This document shows positions 31,310 to 40,782 of a DNA stretch of 64,000 bases, one piece after another. Made by a program: the position numbers and the translations under genes. The stretch is from an uncultured Opitutales bacterium (GTDB lineage Bacteria; Verrucomicrobiota; Verrucomicrobiia; Opitutales; Intestinicryptomonadaceae), in the NCBI GenBank assembly GCA_944389885.1, contig CALXNZ010000009.1, forward strand, positions 8,715 to 72,714, in the 5' to 3' direction. The notes under the pieces were generated by a model. That model searched no databases. It saw only the letters and a list, made by a program, of their open reading frames with translations, and was not told where the DNA came from. The stretch's first letter is position 1. The number at the start of each line of letters is the position of its first letter.

Positions 31310-32380
31310 CTAACCTATATTTAGCGAGCGCATTGCTCCGCAAAATTCGGCGAGCATCTCCGATTCTTTTTCAAAGGAAGATATTGATTTTTCAGCCAGC
31401 CCAATGCGGCGGTAAAATTCCCTTGCGCACTCTTGCGGAACTCCAAGTTCGCGCATCTTAGCCGCTACATCAAGCGGATTTACCGAAGTCAGATTTTCCG
31501 CGAGCTTTGCGGACTCCCGCGGAGAGAGCTTTTCAAGGAGCAATATCAGCGGAAAAGTCTGCTTGCCCGAAGCTATATCGGTGCCAAGTGTTTTTCCTGC
31601 ATCTGCCTCGCTCATAAACCAGTCGCATACATCGTCGTATATTTGGTAGGCTATGCCGAGCTGTTTGCCGGCTTCCGAAGCCGCAAGAATCCATTCCTTG
31701 CCAAGTCCGGAGCATGAAGCTCCCAGCCAGCACGACAATTCAAAGAGAACCGCCGTCTTTCCGTAAACAATATTGTAATAACGCCTTCTGGTGACGTTCT
31801 CGAAACTCTTTTTGAGGGTCTGGCGTATTTCGCCCTCGCATATGGTTTTCACCGCGTCTGCAACCCTGCTCGACATTTCAAAATCGCGCTCTTCCAAAGC
31901 CAGCATTATCGTATTGGCAAACATGGCGTCGCCAAGGAGTATTGCCGTGCGCGCCCCGTATTTCTTGCCTGCGGTCATACACCCCCTGCGCATATCGGCC
32001 ATATCTATCACATCGTCGTGGATAAGGGTGGAGAGGTGCGTAAGCTCGACAATCGACGCCCTGTTGATAATCTTATGTTTGTCGAACTTCCCCGCGTGGG
32101 CGGACGCGAATACGAGCATTGGGCGCAAGAACTTTCCCTTAGGGCTTATGCAATCGCGCGCCGCGTCTCTTACTTCCGGCTCAAAACGCAGAACTTGGCT
32201 TCTTACATAAGCCTCAAAAGCGGAAAATAATGGCTTCATTTTTTCCGCCACAGCATTAAAAGGATTCTTCACTGCATCCGACTTTTTCAATCTTTTCAGT
32301 CTCACAACAAAAATTTTTTTCGCAATACTTTTTTCGTTTTTATAGGCATATGCCGGCTTAAAAAAGCCATCTGGAAACAT
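31310..32380 (-). CDS. trans-polyprenyl diphosphate synthase
   Basis: GKFLRP, LIHDDVID..RRG and QIYDDVCD motifs; true start likely 32272 or 32239. Confidence 0.9.
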   Translation of the reverse strand: MFPDGFFKPAYAYKNEKSIAKKIFVVRLKRLKKSDAVKNPFNAVAEKMKPLFSAFEAYVRSQVLRFEPEVRDAARDCISPKGKFLRPMLVFASAHAGKFDKHKIINRASIVELTHLSTLIHDDVIDMADMRRGCMTAGKKYGARTAILLGDAMFANTIMLALEERDFEMSSRVADAVKTICEGEIRQTLKKSFENVTRRRYYNIVYGKTAVLFELSCWLGASCSGLGKEWILAASEAGKQLGIAYQIYDDVCDWFMSEADAGKTLGTDIASGKQTFPLILLLEKLSPRESAKLAENLTSVNPLDVAAKMRELGVPQECAREFYRRIGLAEKSISSFEKESEMLAEFCGAMRSLNIG

Positions 32381-32397
32381 TGCGTTAGCGCCTTATA

Positions 32398-33999
32398 TCA
32401 ATTCACTACGGCCACTATTGTAATATCGTCCGATTGTTCGCACCCCTTTTCAAAATTTAGAATCTCGCGGAGCATTCCCTCCGACATATCGCGCGCAGTT
32501 GCAGATTTAGGAATTCCGGCCAAAAACTCCGCGGAGCGGGTCTCTCCAAAAAACGAGCCGTCCCTTCCGATGGCCTCCGTGACGCCGTCGGTATAAATAA
32601 GTAGGCGGTCGCCATTGCCGAATCTTACGCTTTCCTCCGCGAATTCCGAATCTTCAAACACCCCGAGAACCGAATTAGGCTTAGGTTTTAAAGCAGAAAC
32701 ACTATCGCTCCCGGCCCGCATTATAAAAGGCGGGTTGTGCCCGCAATTTACAAAGTCCAAGCTTTCCGAGCGCGGATCGTATGCCGCCGCAAAAAGCGTC
32801 AAGAAGGTGCACGAGTAATTATTGCGGCACAATTCCTCATTTATGATGTTAACCATTTTCTTAAGGGACGAAGTCACTCCGGCTGCGGCTCTAATAGAAG
32901 TCACGGCCCTTGCCATAAAGAGGGCCGCAGGCATGCCCTTGCCGGAAACATCTCCCACCACAAGGCATATTCTTCCGTCAGGGAGCTTAAAGAAGTCGTA
33001 TAGGTCTCCGCCCACCTCTCTGGCGGGTTTCATTGAGGCATACACTTTAATTTCCCCGTCAGAAAAAGAATTTTCCGGCAGAAAGCTTCGCTGTATTTGT
33101 CCGGCTATTTTGAGTTCGCTCTCGGCGCGCTCCTTTGCGCGCACAGCCTCCTTTACCATGCCTATGTATTCAAACAGCCGCATGCGCATGGTAGATATAT
33201 TGCGATACAACAGGGCAACTTCAGACGTCAACGCCATTTTTGACCCGTCCCCGCGGAGTTTTATATCCTTGCTAAATCCGTTCTCGGCGAGCCTGACCGT
33301 AAAGTCCGAAAGCAGGCGTATCGGACGCGATATTCTACGGGCCAGAAAAAATGTCACCACCCCAACCAGAACAATCCCGCAAAGCATTATGAACAGGAAA
33401 TCGTCGAGACTCTTAAGTATCATCGGCCGTATGTACGACACATTTACATCGGCTCCCACTATATAGAAATGGCCGTTTTTCGACGTGAAAGGCAAGAGGG
33501 CGCTGCGGGCGAGTATCCCAAATTCGGAGTCGTAGCCCTGCGATACCACAGTGCGCTTTGTTCTAAAGGCTTTTAAGATGTCCGGAGTTGGTTTAAGATA
33601 TTCTTCAAAAGGTTTTGGGGAATTGTCCATTATGAAAAAGAATTTCCCATCGGCATTTTGAATAATAATGTACAAATAGCTTATTCCTACGTCTTCGCAA
33701 TAATCCGATATTTTATCCCGCAGATAATTATACTCTTCTTCGGAGACTTTGCGCTCAAACATTCTATCGACGTAGTCCGGAGGCAAAAAGGCTTGCACTC
33801 CGTAGGCGGCCGTTTTCAGACGCTCGTCCACGGAGGAGCGTATTGAATGTATATTCGTATAGCAACCGTAGGGCGAAAAGACCGCCGCAATTAGAAGGGT
33901 GACGACAAAAAACGTCACAAATATCTGAACCCTTATGGATACTAATTTTTTCAGTTTCCTCATTTTACGCGTTGTCTCCAAAAATATTCTCAAATGCAT
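32398..33999 (-). CDS. membrane SpoIIE/PP2C-family phosphatase with sensor and HAMP domains
   Basis: Two TM helices, HAMP region; VGGDLYDF, GDVSGKG, YTDGVTEA and DDIT motifs. Confidence 0.88.
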   Translation of the reverse strand: MHLRIFLETTRKMRKLKKLVSIRVQIFVTFFVVTLLIAAVFSPYGCYTNIHSIRSSVDERLKTAAYGVQAFLPPDYVDRMFERKVSEEEYNYLRDKISDYCEDVGISYLYIIIQNADGKFFFIMDNSPKPFEEYLKPTPDILKAFRTKRTVVSQGYDSEFGILARSALLPFTSKNGHFYIVGADVNVSYIRPMILKSLDDFLFIMLCGIVLVGVVTFFLARRISRPIRLLSDFTVRLAENGFSKDIKLRGDGSKMALTSEVALLYRNISTMRMRLFEYIGMVKEAVRAKERAESELKIAGQIQRSFLPENSFSDGEIKVYASMKPAREVGGDLYDFFKLPDGRICLVVGDVSGKGMPAALFMARAVTSIRAAAGVTSSLKKMVNIINEELCRNNYSCTFLTLFAAAYDPRSESLDFVNCGHNPPFIMRAGSDSVSALKPKPNSVLGVFEDSEFAEESVRFGNGDRLLIYTDGVTEAIGRDGSFFGETRSAEFLAGIPKSATARDMSEGMLREILNFEKGCEQSDDITIVAVVN

Positions 34000-34071
34000 T
34001 ATACGGGCAAGTTAAAAACGCTCGACAATCTAAAAAATACGCGGAAAATACGGCTTAAACACTCACCTAAA

Positions 34072-35607
34072 ATGAAACGTTCGTATATACTATTTTGTGC
34101 GGCGCTTTTATTTACGTTCTCCCTATGCGCGGAAATAAAAATGCCTCGAATATTCTCCGATAACATGGTGCTTCAAAGAGGAGTTCCCGTAAAAGTATGG
34201 GGTTGGGCAAGCCCCGGTTCCGATGTGACAGTTTCCTTCTCCGGACAGACAAAAACCGCCAAGGCAAACGCAAAAGGCGAGTGGCTCGTGGAATTGTCAC
34301 CCCTGCGCGAAAGCGTCGAGGCTTCAGAAATATCGATTTCAGAAAGCGGCGGGGCCCCCAAGCAAATCAAGAACGTGCTCGTCGGAGACGTATGGATATC
34401 CGGGGGGCAATCCAATATGGAATTCGCCGCGAAACGCATGGACGGGGCTAACGATTTCCTCTCCGAATTAAAGGGGCACCCAGTAAGATTTTTTGTCCAA
34501 AAAGAGTCAAAGCCCAGCAAAGTCCCGATGGAGGACACCGGCAAAAACTCAAAATGGTTCGACTGCAAGAGCGACGACGTATCTTGGTTGAGCGCCGTAG
34601 CCTTGATTTTCGCCCGGGACATAAGCGCAAAGACAGGCGTTCCCATAGGCGTAATAGATTCTTCTTTCAGCGGGACAAACATGTACTCCTGGCTGCCCCA
34701 AGAGGTTTTCGACAACGATCCCCTTGTAGAGCACGAACGCGTGAACTGGAAAAACCGCCTCAAAAATTATAACTACCAAAAGGCCCTCGAAAAATGGCAA
34801 AAAGGAGTAGATGAATACGAAGCCGCTGTCGCAAAAGCAAAAGCGGAAGGCAAGCCTGTACCTCCGCAGCATTATTCAACGACTCTGCTGCATAAACCGC
34901 GCCCAGACAGCCCGGACCTGTTTCGCACGCGCTGCGAATTGTACAACGCAAGAATATACCCCATAAAACGCTATGCCGCGCGCGGAATACTCTGGTATCA
35001 GGGCGAAAACGACGGATATATGAAGAAAGGATTTAGGGAATCATTCATGAGCCTAATAAACGCATGGAGACAGTCTTGGGGAAATCCAGATATGCCGTTT
35101 ATATCCGTTCAACTGCCGTCATGGGGTTCGGACGCTCCGTGGGCTGAAATAAGGCAGCAACAATACGAGGCCTGCCGCAATTTAAAGAATACTGGAATTG
35201 TGGTTACCATAGACACCGGCGAAAAAGACGACATCCACCCCACGGAGAAACTCCCTATAGGCCACAGAGCCGCAGCAATCGCATTGCACGACGTCTATGG
35301 ATTTAAGGACATTGCCGCCTACGGTCCAATAATGAAAGACGTAAAGTTTATGGGCAAGCTTGCCCGCATAGAATTCAGCGGAGGAAACTTGGAATGCAAA
35401 GGGGAACCCCGCGGATTTGAAGTTCTATGCGGCGGAAAGTGGATTCCGGCAAAGGCGAAGGTAAAGAAAGATTGCGTTCTGCTGCGCGCGGCAGACTCCA
35501 ATTCCGACATAGAAGGAGTGCGCTACCTATGGGAAACTTTTGCCAAGCCAAATGTATGCCTCTATTCCAACGATATTCCTGCAATGCCTTTCATAAAGGA
35601 AAAATAG
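34072..35607 (+). CDS. sialate O-acetylesterase-family (SASA) secreted esterase
   Basis: FSDNMVLQR, GDVWISGGQSNM, WYQGE and DIHP motifs. Confidence 0.9.
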   Translation: MKRSYILFCAALLFTFSLCAEIKMPRIFSDNMVLQRGVPVKVWGWASPGSDVTVSFSGQTKTAKANAKGEWLVELSPLRESVEASEISISESGGAPKQIKNVLVGDVWISGGQSNMEFAAKRMDGANDFLSELKGHPVRFFVQKESKPSKVPMEDTGKNSKWFDCKSDDVSWLSAVALIFARDISAKTGVPIGVIDSSFSGTNMYSWLPQEVFDNDPLVEHERVNWKNRLKNYNYQKALEKWQKGVDEYEAAVAKAKAEGKPVPPQHYSTTLLHKPRPDSPDLFRTRCELYNARIYPIKRYAARGILWYQGENDGYMKKGFRESFMSLINAWRQSWGNPDMPFISVQLPSWGSDAPWAEIRQQQYEACRNLKNTGIVVTIDTGEKDDIHPTEKLPIGHRAAAIALHDVYGFKDIAAYGPIMKDVKFMGKLARIEFSGGNLECKGEPRGFEVLCGGKWIPAKAKVKKDCVLLRAADSNSDIEGVRYLWETFAKPNVCLYSNDIPAMPFIKEK

Positions 35608-35622
35608 CATAGGCTTAATCCT

Positions 35623-35661
35623 GAAAAAGTCCGACCGCTTAACGGCGTTCGGACTTTTTTT
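35623..35661. terminator. bidirectional terminator
   Basis: aaaaagtccga...tcggacttttt between convergent genes. Confidence 0.75.
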
Positions 35662-35751
35662 CAAGAATCGGAAGTCGATATTTTTGCCGGCGCGGAAAGT
35701 TTTTCCACGCGAAATCCGCATTTCAAGCGGGATAGCCAAAAGATTCTTGCA

Positions 35752-37029
35752 TTAGCCCGGAAAATCTGCGGCGGGAACAGCCTGAACGGGCTCCGTGGGG
35801 ATATCGTCGGAAATCCGGGCAAAACGCACCTTCACAAGGGTATTCTTCAATCCGGGCTTCGATATTTTAACGGCAGCCTTTATATAATTTTGCGTATAGC
35901 CCATATATACGCCGTTTACGGGGCTTTCCAATAGAACCTCGTGTTCGACGCAAGCGTTGCGGCGTATAAAATCTCCAAAAATTCTGTCGCCGAGTTCGCG
36001 CAATTTAGATGCCCGCCTCGCGCGTATGTCTTTTGGGGGAATTCCGTCCATGCCGGCCGCAAGAGTCTTCGGGCGCGGCGAAAATGTGAACACGTGCAAA
36101 TAAGCAAGGGGCGATTCTTTCACGCGATTGAAAGTTTCAGCGAATTCAGCGTCGCCCTCTCCGGGGTGCCCGCATATTATATCCGTGCCAAGCGATATTT
36201 CCGGACACATTTCAAACGCCTTGGAAATCAACCTCAAATAATCTCCGGCCGAATATTTCCTCCTCATTGCCGACAAAACCTTGTCGCAAAGGCTCTGGGC
36301 GGAAATATGCAAATGCGGCATAAGCTTGTGGGACGAATCCCCCGCGCGCTCCAAAATGGCGTCAATAGGCAAATCGGGAGTCGGCTCTATGCTTCCCATG
36401 CGTATGCGCAACAGACCGTCTATTGAATCCAGCGCGTCCAAAAGTTCCACAATTCCACCTTTCGGAGAGGAAAATTTTGCCGTATTTATCCCCGATACTA
36501 TTACTTCACGAACTCCTCTGTCAGCAAACTCCGCGGCCTTGTCCACAATAAGATTAAAATCTTCGCTGCGAGGCAATCCGCGAAGCCTGGGAATTATACA
36601 GTAGGAGCAAAAGTTGTCGCACCCGTCCTGAATTTTTAAATTCATTCTATCCCCCAATGGAGTAGAAAGAATCGGAGCGCCCAAATTGCCCGCGAACTCC
36701 CCCGCCAAAAAATCCACAACCGACATTTTTTCCGGATTGCCAAATACCCATTTTACTCCCGGAATCTTAGAGGCCGCCTCCGAATCCGCCTGGGCAAAAC
36801 AACCGGTCATCAGCACATCGGAATTTGGATTTTTTACCACAAAGGATTTTACGGCCCTCTTCACTTTTGTCTGGGCCAACGCCGTAAGCGCGCAGGAATT
36901 TACCACGCAGAGCTCCGCTTCCGAGCCAAACGGCACAACATTAAACCCCCGCGCGCGGGCTAAATCTTCCAGCTGTTGGGTCTCGTAATGGTTTACGCGG
37001 CAGCCAAGCGTAAAAAAACTTATTCTCAT
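35752..37029 (-). CDS. mtaB: tRNA threonylcarbamoyladenosine methylthiotransferase
   Basis: TLGCRVNHYE, GCDNFCSYC radical-SAM motif, IRMGSIEP and HVFTFSPRP motifs. Confidence 0.9.
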   Translation of the reverse strand: MRISFFTLGCRVNHYETQQLEDLARARGFNVVPFGSEAELCVVNSCALTALAQTKVKRAVKSFVVKNPNSDVLMTGCFAQADSEAASKIPGVKWVFGNPEKMSVVDFLAGEFAGNLGAPILSTPLGDRMNLKIQDGCDNFCSYCIIPRLRGLPRSEDFNLIVDKAAEFADRGVREVIVSGINTAKFSSPKGGIVELLDALDSIDGLLRIRMGSIEPTPDLPIDAILERAGDSSHKLMPHLHISAQSLCDKVLSAMRRKYSAGDYLRLISKAFEMCPEISLGTDIICGHPGEGDAEFAETFNRVKESPLAYLHVFTFSPRPKTLAAGMDGIPPKDIRARRASKLRELGDRIFGDFIRRNACVEHEVLLESPVNGVYMGYTQNYIKAAVKISKPGLKNTLVKVRFARISDDIPTEPVQAVPAADFPG

Positions 37030-37048
37030 ATTCGGCTCGGCACCGCGG

Positions 37049-37930
37049 CTATTTCAACACATGACGCTTATATGCCGCAACCGTATTTTTCATGAGCATG
37101 GCAACGGTCATCGGCCCAACCCCGCCGGGCACCGGCGTTATCTTTGAGCACTTTGAAACAACCCCGTCAAAATCGACATCTCCCACAAGCCTATATCCGG
37201 ACTTCTTCTCGGCGCACGGAACGCGGTTTATTCCAACGTCTATAACGCATGCCCCCTCTTTAACCATATCCGCTGAAACGGTCATAGGCCGGCCTACCGC
37301 GGCTATGAGAATATCGGCCCGCGCGCAGATTTCCCGCAAATTTTCAGTTCTCGAATGGCATATCGACACTGTTGCGTCAACGCCCTTGCGCATCAGAAGA
37401 AGTCCGAGAGGCTTCCCCACTATGATGCTGCGCCCTATGACAACCGCGTTTTTGCCGCGGGTTTCGACCCCTGAACGCTTTATGATTTCCAATATCCCCG
37501 CGGGAGTGCAAGCCACAAAAGCCGAGGCGTCCTCCTGGCAAAGCAGGCCGAGATTCGCGGCGCTAAAACCGTCAACGTCCTTGTCGGGCCGAACCCTGTT
37601 GAATGTGTCGCGTTCGCTCAAATGGGGAGGTAGAGGAGCTTGGACGAGAATCGCGTCCACGTTATCGTCGGCATTCAGCGAATCTATGAGCGAATTTAAC
37701 TCGGGCTGGCTGACGCTCTCCGGCAGAACATGAAGGCGACTCTCTATGCCTATTTCCGCCGATACTTTTTGCTTCTTTGAAACGTAAGACACCGACGCCG
37801 GGTTTTCTCCGACTCTCACGAAAGCCACGCACGGCTTTCGCAAATCGGCGCTCCCCATTGCCAAGAGCTCCGAGCGCAATTCTTCATGCAGCGATTTCGC
37901 TATCGCGTTTCCGTCTATGATTTCCGCCAT
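37049..37930 (-). CDS. folD: methylenetetrahydrofolate dehydrogenase/cyclohydrolase
   Basis: KDVDG, CTPAG, GRSIIVGKP and ITPVPGGVGPMT motifs. Confidence 0.96.
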   Translation of the reverse strand: MAEIIDGNAIAKSLHEELRSELLAMGSADLRKPCVAFVRVGENPASVSYVSKKQKVSAEIGIESRLHVLPESVSQPELNSLIDSLNADDNVDAILVQAPLPPHLSERDTFNRVRPDKDVDGFSAANLGLLCQEDASAFVACTPAGILEIIKRSGVETRGKNAVVIGRSIIVGKPLGLLLMRKGVDATVSICHSRTENLREICARADILIAAVGRPMTVSADMVKEGACVIDVGINRVPCAEKKSGYRLVGDVDFDGVVSKCSKITPVPGGVGPMTVAMLMKNTVAAYKRHVLK

Positions 37931-37935
37931 AAAAC

Positions 37936-38280
37936 CTACCTTTTCTTCCTTATGGAATCCGCTCTAAACACGCTTTCGGAATCTATTTTCAACATAGAAC
38001 CGCGCACGATTACGAATTGTCCCATGAGCTTGTCGAATCCGGGAATCACTATGCGCGACGTATCCAGATACGCCACAAATTTCCCGTTTATGTCGTATAA
38101 CGCAAAATTATAGGGCTGCTCCGACTGCATAGGCGCATATGTGCTGCCGGCATATCTGAGTTCGCATATCATTTCTCTCGGAGCGTCCACCGCCGAAGTA
38201 TTGACGCTTTGGCACGACGAAGCAAATAACGCCGCAAAAAACGCGCCCAACACTGAAAACATCACGCAAACGAATTTCAT
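37936..38280 (-). CDS. hypothetical lipoprotein
   Basis: Hydrophobic leader with ASSC lipobox; probably co-transcribed with folD. Confidence 0.6.
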   Translation of the reverse strand: MKFVCVMFSVLGAFFAALFASSCQSVNTSAVDAPREMICELRYAGSTYAPMQSEQPYNFALYDINGKFVAYLDTSRIVIPGFDKLMGQFVIVRGSMLKIDSESVFRADSIRKKR

Positions 38281-38414
38281 TGTGAATAAAAATTATTTTT
38301 GCCTCCGCCGAATGCAAGCTTTTTAGGGAAAGCCCCAAAATTGTCGATTCCATATACAAAAAAACGACCTATGCAAAAACGCGCAGGTCGCCTTTTGAAA
38401 ATATTTTCGGCTCC

Positions 38415-38663
38415 TTATTTGCGGACGCGGGAGAATTTCTTTTGGAATTTTTCCACGCGGCCTGCGGTATCCACGAAGCGCTTCTCACCGGTATATGCCG
38501 GGTGCGAATCCGCAGTGACATCGCGCGTAATCATGAAATAATCTACGCCGTCTATATTTTCCACCTGCTTGCTCTTCATTGTGGAACGGGTGAGAAAACG
38601 TGTGCCGTTTGAAACGTCAACAAAGCAGACGGGGTGGTAATCGGGATGAATTTTATCTTTCAT
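38415..38663 (-). CDS. rpmE2: 50S ribosomal protein L31 type B (Zn-free)
   Basis: MKDKIHPDY, SHPAYTG and DTAGRVEKF motifs; no CxC/CxxC pairs. Confidence 0.93.
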   Translation of the reverse strand: MKDKIHPDYHPVCFVDVSNGTRFLTRSTMKSKQVENIDGVDYFMITRDVTADSHPAYTGEKRFVDTAGRVEKFQKKFSRVRK

Positions 38664-38686
38664 TGTATGAGTACTCCGCAAATTTA

Positions 38687-38812
38687 TCAGCCCTGCTTTG
38701 CCTTAAAACGAGGGTTTGTTTTGTTTATGATATAGACGCGTCCCCTTCTGCGCACAACCTTACAGTCGGGATGGCGGCTTTTCAAAGACTTTATTGATGA
38801 TACGACTTTCAT
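38687..38812 (-). CDS. rpmJ: 50S ribosomal protein L36 (Zn-free, YkgO-type), missing from the ORF track
   Basis: [41 protein letters not shown], with SD AGAGGA. Confidence 0.95.
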   Translation of the reverse strand: MKVVSSIKSLKSRHPDCKVVRRRGRVYIINKTNPRFKAKQG

Positions 38813-38851
38813 GTCTTAATCCTCTTTAACTTAATGAAAAGTCGATTATGA

Positions 38852-38876
38852 AATATAGGGGGACGGTCGTTGTCAA
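38852..38876 (-). promoter_or_regulatory. promoter TTGACA-N13-TATATT for rpmJ-rpmE2
   Basis: Predicted +1 near 38845, about 33 nt before the rpmJ ATG. Confidence 0.5.
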
Positions 38877-39148
38877 CATTTTTTGTTTTATTTTTGCCCG
38901 ATAAAAGAAATAAGCTACAATCATACAATCAATTCCGAAAAAATGCTTCGCTAAAAATGTAAATACCTATATGCATCAATCTCTTATACAATCCAAGAAC
39001 CGCGCTGGAAAACATTTAGGCGCTCGATCTATGCCTTAAAAGCAACCGCATATCCATCATTTTTTAATTTGATAGGATAAAGATAGAGATTTTTACAACG
39101 CACAGGTATGTAGAAGCTCCTATAAAACGGAAACGGCCTGTATAAATT

Positions 39149-39844
39149 CTACATAAGCTTGCGAACCACCATAAAGGCTTCTGCTTCCGTCATGCCGACA
39201 ATCGAGCCCCTGAATATCGCAAGGGCTTTTATCGCTTCCACAGAACGGGCTTCGGGAAAAAATTTCAACTGGCTCTTATAAGCTTTTATCGCCCGCAGTT
39301 TTTTATCGAGAAATCCCCCGCTCACATCGTTGTAGGCATTAGGCAAAAATCCCCCCTCTACTATATCTATATTCCAATGCGTTTCGGAGAGAGTTTCATA
39401 CATATAAATCTCCCTTATATTTCTCCCAACCTCAGTAGTGGAGCGCGCCGCCACTTGCGCGGCATAGACTATATCCCTATGGTCTTTATGGAGATCGTAC
39501 ATGAATGGGATATACATAATATCCGGAGCAACATGTTGAATTACATCGAACACAACCTTGTTTACCGTATGGACGGGAATGTCAGGAACCAATACATTGG
39601 GCAAATCCTTGAAAATTATATTTTTCTCTTTTACCCCGAGTATCTTCATGGCCTTATAGGTCTCGGCCCTTATAATCGGCTTGTTTGGAGCCATTACCGG
39701 ATGCTCATCGTCGATAGACGTGAGGGAAACAACAAAAACTTCGTCTCCGTTGTGGACATGCTTGGCTATGGTAGCGCCGCATCCAAGAGTCTCGTCATCG
39801 TTATGGGGCGCCAACACTAAAACTTTTCTCTTCATAGAGTGCAT
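39149..39844 (-). CDS. PIG-L/LmbE-family deacetylase
   Basis: APHNDDE, HKDH and YETLSET motifs. Confidence 0.88.
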   Translation of the reverse strand: MHSMKRKVLVLAPHNDDETLGCGATIAKHVHNGDEVFVVSLTSIDDEHPVMAPNKPIIRAETYKAMKILGVKEKNIIFKDLPNVLVPDIPVHTVNKVVFDVIQHVAPDIMYIPFMYDLHKDHRDIVYAAQVAARSTTEVGRNIREIYMYETLSETHWNIDIVEGGFLPNAYNDVSGGFLDKKLRAIKAYKSQLKFFPEARSVEAIKALAIFRGSIVGMTEAEAFMVVRKLM

Positions 39845-39860
39845 TCTTTCTCCGTAAAAC

Positions 39861-40592
39861 TTATCGCCAGTTGTCTCTCAGCCATTGGGGGCATATCGCA
39901 TGGCGGAAAAACTTTTTGAAACCTCGCATTTTGCCGTGCAAGGCCTCGTCGGGAGTGGGAGTTCCATGAAATACAACCATCTTCGCCGCCGCGGGCAAGC
40001 GCGGTTCAAGGAAAAAGCACAAGGGGAAAGGTCGCATGCAAACGTACTTAAAACTCGGCATCCATTCCTCCGGCCAAAAGCTTAAAATCCCCGCCTTGTC
40101 CGTCATAGCGCATACATATGCCTGCTCGTGCCTATACGAAGCCTTAACTTCGTCCATGTGCTCTAAAAAATACTCCAATAGCTCCGGATGGGAGCCGGCA
40201 TCGAACCTGTAAACACCGGTTTCTCCTATGCCGTGCTTTACGGAAGGTTTCCAATGTTTTATCAATATTATATCGCCGTCTATCTTAAAATATTCGTCTA
40301 TATTGGACACTATCACAGTGTCGAGATCCAAAAATAAGACCCGCCCTTCCAAGCCGGCGTCCCTGCCGAACAACGCCAGTTTGCGCCAACCGCGCTCTTG
40401 CGGATCGGGCAAAGCCATCTTCGGAAGAGGACGGGCCTCTATCTCCGGCAGAAGTCCGCTTGCGTTGTCGGTAAAACATATAAACTTGAAAGGCAGCGTG
40501 AGATTGCGCCTTGTCATATTATAAAGCTTGTTCACATAATCGGGGCCGTATTTTGTGCCCCATTTCATGCAGACGACGGTGTTTTTTTCCAT
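39861..40592 (-). CDS. GT-A-fold glycosyltransferase-like protein
   Basis: CMKWGTKY..YVNKL family start, FLDLD (DxD), FHG.P.P. Confidence 0.7.
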   Translation of the reverse strand: MEKNTVVCMKWGTKYGPDYVNKLYNMTRRNLTLPFKFICFTDNASGLLPEIEARPLPKMALPDPQERGWRKLALFGRDAGLEGRVLFLDLDTVIVSNIDEYFKIDGDIILIKHWKPSVKHGIGETGVYRFDAGSHPELLEYFLEHMDEVKASYRHEQAYVCAMTDKAGILSFWPEEWMPSFKYVCMRPFPLCFFLEPRLPAAAKMVVFHGTPTPDEALHGKMRGFKKFFRHAICPQWLRDNWR

Positions 40593-40782
40593 TTTATAAA
40601 AGCGTTATCAGACGTTTATCGCGCCATTTCCACAATAAACCTGTAAGACTGTCCATTAACGACTCTTTGTCAAGTCGATACGCCCTTCCCTCTCCCGAAA
40701 AAATATCAAATTCTCTTTATCTCATAAAAGTTTTCGGTGTTTTTTGGTTGAGGCTCGCCCGGCTCTCATTGATAATTTAACT

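Noticed and set aside
30282-31343. Short HemA as a pseudogene
   Set aside because: Catalytic STCNR and the NADPH-binding motifs are intact and the ORF is uninterrupted; C-terminal shortening alone is insufficient.
32398-33999. Orphan PP2C phosphatase as a novel signalling system
   Set aside because: Standard sensor-HAMP-SpoIIE architecture; partners are often encoded elsewhere.
38820-38900. Zur box upstream of rpmJ-rpmE2
   Set aside because: No match to the Zur palindromes I know; the visible inverted repeat overlaps the start codon and fits an RNA hairpin better.
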